Below, in pieces: positions 39,225-64,000 of a stretch of DNA of 64,000 nt. The translations under genes were made by a program, and so were the position numbers. The stretch is taken from assembly GCF_018977255.1 (NCBI RefSeq), contig NW_024704770.1, positions 3,100,001 to 3,164,000 of the forward strand, given 5' to 3'. The notes below the pieces were generated by a model. It was given only the letters and a program-made list of their open reading frames with translations, did not search any database and was not told the origin of the DNA. The DNA is from Callorhinchus milii. Lineage: Eukaryota. The stretch's first letter is position 1. The number at the start of each line of letters is the position of its first letter.

Positions 39225-40320
39225 ACACACACAGTCACTACACCCCCCCCCCACACACACACACAGTCACCACACAACACCCCACACACACAGTCACTAC
39301 ACCCCCCCACACCACACAGTCACTACATCTCCTCACACACACACAGTCACTACACCTCTCACACACACACACACACACAGTCACTACACCTCCCCCACAC
39401 ACAGTCACTACACCCCCCCCACACACACACACACAGTCACCACACAACACCCCCTCACACACAGTCACTACACTCCCCCCCCCACACACAGTCACTACAC
39501 CCCACACACACACACAGTCACTACACCCCCCCCCACACACACACACACAGTCACTACACCCCCCCCACACACACAGTCACTACACACCCACACACACAGT
39601 CACTACACCCCCCCCCCCCTCTCAGACACACAGTCACTACACCCCCCCCCCCCTCAGACACACAGTCACTACACCCCCCCTCACACACACACAGTCACTA
39701 CACCCCCCCCACACACACACAGTCACTACACCCCCCCCACACACACACAGTCACTACACCTGCCCACACACACACACACAGTCACTACACCCCCCCCACA
39801 CACACACACAGTCACTACACCCCCCCCACACACACACACAGTCACTACACCCCCCCCACACACACACACACACAGTCACCACACAACACCCCCCCCACAC
39901 ACACAGTCACTACACCCCCGCCCACACACACACACAGTCACTACACCCCCCCCCACACACACACAGTCACTACACCCCCCCCCCACACACACAGTCACTA
40001 CACCCCTCCCACACACACAGTCACTACACCTCCCACACACACACAGTCACTACACCCCTCACACACACACAGTCACTACACCCCCCCCAACACACAGTCA
40101 CGACCCCCCCCCCCACACACACAGTCACCACACAACACCCCACACACACAGTCACTACACCCCCCCCAACACACACACAGTCACTACACCCCCCCACACA
40201 CACAGTCACTACACCCCACCCCACACAGACACACACAGTCACTACACAAGCCCCCCACACACACACAGTCACCACACAACCCCCCCCCCCCACACACACA
40301 CAGTCACCACACAACCCCAC
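39225..40320. repeat. About 1.1-kb minisatellite (ACACAGTCACTACACCCCC..., roughly 35-40 copies)
   Basis: Near-invariant acagtcactacac core with variable C and CA runs. Confidence 0.95.
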
Positions 40321-40780
40321 GCGCGCGGTGGGGGGAGAGGGCTGAGAGCGGGAACGCGCTTCGCCGGTTCTGGTCAGTGAGGCTCACGCGATGTGTGTGT
40401 GGGAACACAGCAGCTGTGATGGGAGGGGCCAATCGGATGGAGGAGGAGTCAGTGCATATGGGCGGGGCCACTGGGTGTGTGGGAGGAGCCATGGAGGGTG
40501 GGCGGGGCACCAGGGACAGGGATGGGGTGGGGAAGCGATGCAAAGCCACGATTGGCTCTCAATGGTCGACTCCATTGGGGTTGTCTACAGAGCAGTGTCA
40601 CCCCCTCCCCCCCACCCCGGAACACCACCCACCCCGGAACCGCCACCCCCCCCCCCCCCCCCCCCACCCCGGAACACCCCCCCCCCCCCCACCCGGAACA
40701 CCCCCCCCCCCACCCCGGAACACCCCCCACTCCAGAACACCCCCCAACCCCCCCGCCCCGGAACACCCCCCACCCCACAC
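40320..40780. promoter_or_regulatory. Candidate promoter (possibly ZGLP1) with CCAAT boxes, GC boxes and a CCGGAAC repeat
   Basis: ccaatc 40429, attgg 40551 and 40574, gggcgggg twice, and about 6-7 ccccggaac units at 40615-40770. Confidence 0.45.
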
Positions 40781-41518
40781 ACGTATTTTAAGGTGAAGTT
40801 GTCCCCACAACAAAGCAATGCCCACAATGTACACATATATATATATATATTCACCCAACGACATACCCCGGGCGGGTAACGCCGTCCACTTGCCGATTCA
40901 GTACAATAAGCCTCGCGTTAGTTTGACCGTCAGAGGCTCAGCTCGACCGCCTTTTCTGTCGGCAAAGCTGTGACACACCGTCCGTCCGTGCGTCCATGAC
41001 TGGATGATCGCTTTCACCTGGAGGGCTGCCTTTGGCCGGGAAACCGCGAGAGGAGAGGTCGTGCGATGCGATGTCTCCCACCCAACCCCCCCCCCCCCCC
41101 CCGGTACACTGCACTGGAGTGTCGGCCTGCACCGTGAGAGCTTAGCGACTCTGGCAAGAGACCGAGCCCTAGTCTGACGCGATGAGGGAATTGCAGACAT
41201 CAGGCTGTGTCCTGCTCCGCCCCACCCAGCCGGCTCCGTGTCCAGGCCCATCGGCGTACACATCAAAGCAAAGCCACAAACACGAGGACCCATCACCCGC
41301 AACTCAACGCCGTTGTCTTGAGCCACATACAACACGTTATCGCCCACCTTCTCCAGCTCTCAGGCCATCTTGCCCCCAAATCACGGGATGAAACGGGCCG
41401 CGGCCTAAATCAACACAGCGATGGGAATAAAATGCGTCTGCGATGCTGCCCCTGAAGTAATGCGCTGCGAGGCTGTAGGGAGTGTAGGCTGGTGTGTGCG
41501 CTCAGTGTGTGTGTGCGC

Positions 41519-44414
<2,896 letters not shown>

Positions 44415-44419
44415 GACAG

Positions 44420-44670
44420 CGACACGTGACTCCCTGACCCGTGACCCCATCGCGCACACCCGCCCCACGTGACACAGCCGCCCCGCCCCACACACCACGT
44501 GACGCGGCCGCTCCGCCCACACCCGACAAAAAGCCACGCCCCCACCTGCTCGAAGCCACGCCCCTCCACCTGCTCGAAGCCACGCCCCTCCACCTGCTCG
44601 AAGCCACGCCCCCTCCACCACACACCCACTACCCCCACCGCTGCCTTTGACCCGGAGCCCCGTCACGTCG
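44420..44670 (-). promoter_or_regulatory. FDX2 promoter: three CACGTG E-boxes and a 24-bp repeat carrying SP/KLF sites
   Basis: cacgtgac at about 44423, 44466 and 44496. aagccacgcccc(t)ccacctgctcg repeated 3-4 times at 44531-44617. Confidence 0.65.
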
Positions 44671-46553
44671 GCTCAAAGCGCTAGTGTAGTGACTGTGTGT
44701 GTGTGTGTATGTGTTTCATGGCCGAAGCGCGGCAGCCCATTGCGCCCGACGCCGCCCCCACGAACAGCCGTGGGTTGAAGTGACCAAATTTACTATTAAT
44801 ATCATTTTTCTGGGGGTGGGGGGGGGGCCGTCGGCCAATCGACTAACAAGCGGCTTCCTACTGACGTGCCGCCGGTAAACAGAGGCTCGTGTGTGTGCGC
44901 TGTCAGGAAACTCGCCCGAGGTTTCCTCCGCTACGCCCCCTCCGTCTGATCCGCTTCTATCTCTCTGTCGCTCTCTCTCACTGTTTCCCGATGGCCGATC
45001 ACTGCCCCGTCTCAGGTCCCCCCCCTCACTGCTCTTTGATCACACACACAGATTTATTACCAACATTAGTTTCCCTCTTCTTCGACAGCCACTCTATCGC
45101 TAGACTTTTTTTTAAAAAAAGTTAACTGATGTACTCGCTAATGTGCTGCAGACTGAACCCAGACCTTTGCGACGCAGACAGTGGGAGGAATGAAACGCCT
45201 GCGCGCTGCCCTTGTTCCCCATATAGTGTCAGTAGGTCTGTGATGTTCACCTGAACAGAACGCAGGTGGAAACTCGCTTCAAGTCCTTGTGTGTGTGAGG
45301 AGCGCGTCGGGGGGGGGGGGGGGGGGGGGTGGGGAAGAGGAAGAGAGAGAGAGGAGGGTAAAATGGCTTTGAACCCACAACCTTCTGCCCCATTAGCGAG
45401 AGCGCGAGCGGCTGAGCCGGGACTTGCTGCTTGAGGCCAGACGTGACCGATCGAATCCAGTGCAAAAATAAGAGAACGTAGACATTGAGAACAAAACCTG
45501 CCTCTCTCCCTCCCCCACCGTCTCCCAGCCCAGCGCCCCCCCCCCACCCCGAGGATAACACACATCGCAGCACAAACGCAGCCGCCTCTGCAACAAACCG
45601 CAAAACATTTTTATTTACAATTTTTTTTCAAAACCTCTAACGCCACTCGCTACAAACGTGGAGACAGGACATGACAGGAGGCCGAACACGCCAGGCTCCA
45701 CAGATTGAACACGCGTCACGAGGGAGCTCAGTCAGTTGCTGACATATCGGGGTTGACGGATTAAACACACTACTCAGGACGGGGGTGGGGAACGGGGGCG
45801 GGCGGCTGGGGGAAGAGGGCCTCAGGCCGAGACTGACATGAATTCAGAAAACGCAAACAACCTCAGACTGTCAAAATAGGTTTGAACAGGACAAAGTTCG
45901 GAATTGCCAGGGAGGGAGGAGTGAGGGGGGGGGGGAGCGGCGAAGAAGGAGACAAAACACAGACTCGCCGTAACGTAAGAGAAAGTCCTCCCTCTCTCCC
46001 TCCCAAATTACGATTTTGTAAAAAAAAAAATTGATAAGGAAGCAACCAGAAAAAAAGATTTTTCTTTGTGAAATGGGGGCATGGGGTGGGGGGGGGGGGG
46101 GAGGGGAGCAGAGTGGTTTTCCCCCCTCCCTCCCCACTGATCCTCAGGGGATGTCGGCGAAAAGAAAAAATCATTCTAAGATTGAAAAAAAGGAAGTGAT
46201 CAGGTTTCACAGAAATGAACAGCGGTGAACGTGAGGGGGTGGGGTACGGACTGAGCCCCAAACAGCCAGGCGGGTGGTAGACCCTACACAGAGAGAGAGA
46301 GAGAGGGAGGGAGGGGGAAGGAGTAGGAAACTGTCTTGGAAACACAAAGAGCAGCGCAGATCTGGCACTGCCCAGATGTGACACAAGATAGCGCGCGGCT
46401 ACACACACACAGACCGATTCTCACTCTATCTAAGTGCTCTGGCGTCTAATACACTGCGTTTGTTACACTGCAGCAAGCAAGACAGGGTCCCTGAGTACCT
46501 CACTTGGTTTTCAGACAATTCCCATGACCCTGGGCTGTGCGGAGTGGATGGGG

Positions 46554-46584
<31 letters not shown>

Positions 46585-47147
46585 TGGAAAAACAAGAGGG
46601 AAAGAAAGGAACAATTTTTTGTCGTCAAATAATTTCAACCACTCACGTTAAGGTTATGGTGGTATCTGGTGCGTCTCTCAACACTGAACTGTTTGTTGTG
46701 CCTCGTTCTCTCTCTGACCCGGTTGCCTGGGGTTGTGAGGCGGGGAGATGAGGAGGTTTACACTCGTCCTTCACAGGTCTGTCTCCTCCTCTTCTTCCCC
46801 CCACCCACCACCCAGTAAATGTCCACCATGTACAAGCACAACCCCCCGCAGAGTAAAAGGAGAGTAGAGAGAGTAAAAGGAGGGAGGAGAGAGAGGGAGA
46901 GAGAGAGTAAAGAGAGGGATGGGGGAAAGGGAGGGAGGGAGAGCGAGAGAGAGAGAGAGAGATCACACCTCAGTTTAGGACATTCAGTCCACGTTTCACC
47001 CCCCAATTCACAGATACAAGTCACCCACATCCCCAACATTAAAATTAATTGAAAAGGTTTTTCTCCAACACAGGATTAAAAATTGTCTGTACAAGATTTA
47101 CACTCTAAAGCAAAGAAAAGTAACCAGGTTCTGCGGTCTCCCTCCAG

Positions 47148-55769
<8,622 letters not shown>

Positions 55770-55779
<10 letters not shown>

Positions 55780-55880
55780 CTTGCACTCTCTCACCGACGC
55801 CCCCGACACTCATTGGCTGCCGGGAGGGGACGGGGCCACGTGACGTCGGACCGCCCAGTAAGCCGCGCTCCGATTGGTCG
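55770..55880 (-). promoter_or_regulatory. RAVER1 core promoter: YY1 site over the ATG, CCAAT boxes, overlapping E-box/CRE
   Basis: CAAGATGGCGGCC on the minus strand at 55771-55783, attgg at 55812 and 55873, ccacgtgacgtc at 55836-55847. Confidence 0.7.
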
Positions 55881-55885
55881 CCGGT

Positions 55886-56422
55886 CACAGAGGCCCAGCG
55901 CGGAGCTCTCCCCCTCCCCCCCCCCCCACCTCTACCACACACACAGGCCCAGCGCGGAGCTCTCCCCCTCCCCCCCCCCCCCACCTCTACCACACACACA
56001 GGCCCAGCGCGGAGCTCTCCCCCTCCCCCCCCCCCCCACCTCTACCACACACACAGGCCCAGCGCGGAGCTCTCCCCCCCCCACCTCTACCACACATACA
56101 CAGGCCCAGCGCGGAGCTCTCCCCCCCCCACCTCTACCACACACACAGGCCCAGCGCGGAGCTCTCCCCCCCCCCCACCTCTACCACACACACAGGCCCA
56201 GCGCGGAGCTCTCCCCCCCCCCCACCTCTACCACACACACAGGCCCAGCGCGGAGCTCTCCCACCCCCCACCCCCACACACACAGGCCCAGCGCGGAGCT
56301 CTCCCCCCCCCCCACCTCCACCACACACACAGGCCCAGCGCGGAGCTCTCCCCCCCCCACACAGGCCCAGCGCGGAGCTCTCCCCCCCCGCCCCCCACAC
56401 AGAGGCCCAGCGCGGAGCTCAA
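55886..56422. repeat. Tandem array upstream of RAVER1, 12 copies of AGGCCCAGCGCGGAGCTC with C-rich spacers
   Basis: Copies counted directly. Period about 32-57 bp. Confidence 0.95.
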
Positions 56423-58157
56423 CGTGGAGATGGACGAGGAGGGGGCACGGCGGCGAGATAGAGGAAGAGTGCTCCAGAGTTCGGGGGCGTCGTGGCTGAA
56501 AGTGCGGCCGCTGACGGCGGTGCGGAGGGCACGGGGGGTGGGGGTGGGGTGGGGGGGGGTTTAGTGCAGAAGCCCGGGGTCAGCCGAGCGGAGGCCGGAG
56601 AGGACGGTGGTGAAGGGATTTGAAGGCGAGCGTAAGGATGTTGGGAAGCCGATCGGTTCGGCGATGGGGGAGCCAGCGGAGGGCGCCCGGCGAGGGCCGG
56701 GGGCGACCTATTGCGAACGCCGAACCGAGGTCCCGTCTGGACGTCTTAAAGGTCCCACAAACAACGGGACAGAGGTAGCGGGGCAGCGGCGGGAAGGCAG
56801 AGATTGTGAGGTGAGGGAGGAGGGGGAAGGCAGAGCAGTCCTGGGTGATCAATTGGCTCTCGTCTCCAGTCGGATCAGATTCCCGACGCCGCTGTTGAAT
56901 AAACTGCGGCTGGAAAACAGGTGACAGCAGACACCCGGCAAAGAGAGTCTTTTGGTCGTTTATTTTTAGCATGTGCAGCGGCTTTTTAATACATTATATA
57001 CTTCCCTGTAAATTTACACACAGACATAACCTACATCCTGAAGATTAAAAAAAAACTTTGTGTACATTGGAATCGGATTATACTTTCCAGTAGCGAGTCG
57101 AGACTATTTACATCACTTTACCCTACGCTTATTTATCTCAATTCCCCCTTTTAAGTTCTGTATGGCCCGAGTAGGAGTTTTCTTACAGACAGGGACAGTG
57201 AGACAGATGGGTGAAGGGTGATAGGCACTCTGCAGCCAACTTCCTCTCTTCCCTCCCCCACGCACACAATCGAGCAGGACAAAGTTCAGGGTTTTATGTC
57301 TCCGCAGACAGATAAGCCGCGAGCAGTGTGGCCAGACTGGGGGTCACGGCACTTACTACTGGCGGGTTAGAATATGGAGCTTTGAGATGTCTAGAAGACG
57401 TGATCAGGCGCTATATCAAATGCAAGGATTATTATTAACAGCCACTTGTCCCCCCCACCTCATTCTCCAGCTCTCCTTCCTAAAATCCCTCCATCTCCTC
57501 TCTACCTGAAAAAGCTACGTCTGCGACGGGGAGAAACATCTCAAGAGCCCACAGCAGAGGTTAAATATAAAGTGTTGCCTGCGTTATATTTACTGCTATT
57601 TGATTACACAGCAGAGTGAATTTAATAAGTCACACTTTCCTCCCTCCCTCCCTCCCTCCCAGCTTCACCTCAGTGGGTTGTACACTGAGATATTGGTTAA
57701 GATGTTTAGAAGGTGGGGTACTGATCACACACTCACTCACTCAGATACACTCATACCTCCATACAACTCAAGCTCATACAACTCACGTTCTTACTCACTC
57801 GTGCACAACACAAGCTCACTCACACGTTCCCTCTGGCTCAACTTGTGTACACAAGCCCATGCTCGCACACAAACATATGTACGCACACATGTGCAGACAC
57901 ACAAATACACGCATACTCGCAAACAAATATGCACACACACCAGGCACGTGTGCAAACACACACACACACACAGAGTGAAGGCTTAGCTTTATACAGCAAG
58001 AAACTGCGCTGGGGCAGCCTGTCCTATACTGCCTGTAGTCAGTGCAAAGTGTATAGTTGGGGGCAGACAGGCCGACAGACAGACAGATGGAACGGACTGT
58101 GTCTCAGACCCGCGCAGTGCAGCCAGGCCGCTCGCTAACCAGGTCCTGTGGCCGGGG

Positions 58158-63775
<5,618 letters not shown>

Positions 63776-64000
63776 TCACACAATACGCCGTAAAGTGATT
63801 GACTTCCTACTTACTGCTGGGTGAACAGAGGCGTGTGTGTGCGGAGTAAGGCAACTTGCCTAACATAGAAGGAGGAGGAGGCCATTCAGCCCACCCCGAG
63901 CCTGTTCCGCCGTTCTATTCCGTAAGATCGTGGCTGGTCTGTACCTCAACTCCTAATTACCCACCCTTTGCCCCGTATCCCTTGATCCCCTGACCTAACA

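Overview
GC-rich, intron-containing vertebrate genomic DNA. The repeat content (CR1/HER1-type LINE 3' ends, SacSINE1/DeuSINE-like elements, an abundant tRNA-Ala-derived SINE with an L2-type tail) points to a cartilaginous fish. Almost all ORFs in the supplied track are spurious low-complexity frames. Reading splice sites and exon phases gives ten genes syntenic with human 19p13: DENND1C (3' end, +), CRB3 (-), TMEM205 (-), CCDC159 (+), ATG4D (-), FBXL12 (-), ZGLP1 (-, its GATA finger is invisible in the ORF track), FDX2 (-), RAVER1 (-) and TYK2 (3' half, -). Gene identities come from recalled protein motifs and synteny, not from a database search. The most unusual structures are: (1) two tandem arrays sharing the same 18-bp core in opposite orientations on either side of the RAVER1 promoter/exon 1; (2) a copy of the DENND1C 3' end with its AATAAA inserted into a CR1 element in one of its own introns; (3) a seven-fold tandem amplification of a TYK2 splice acceptor; (4) a diverged FDX2 exon-3 fragment downstream of the FDX2 stop codon; (5) a (QY[D/E])n tract in RAVER1; (6) an apparently signal-peptide-less CRB3. 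There are three assembly gaps (7746-7954, 8391-8553, 9840-9994).
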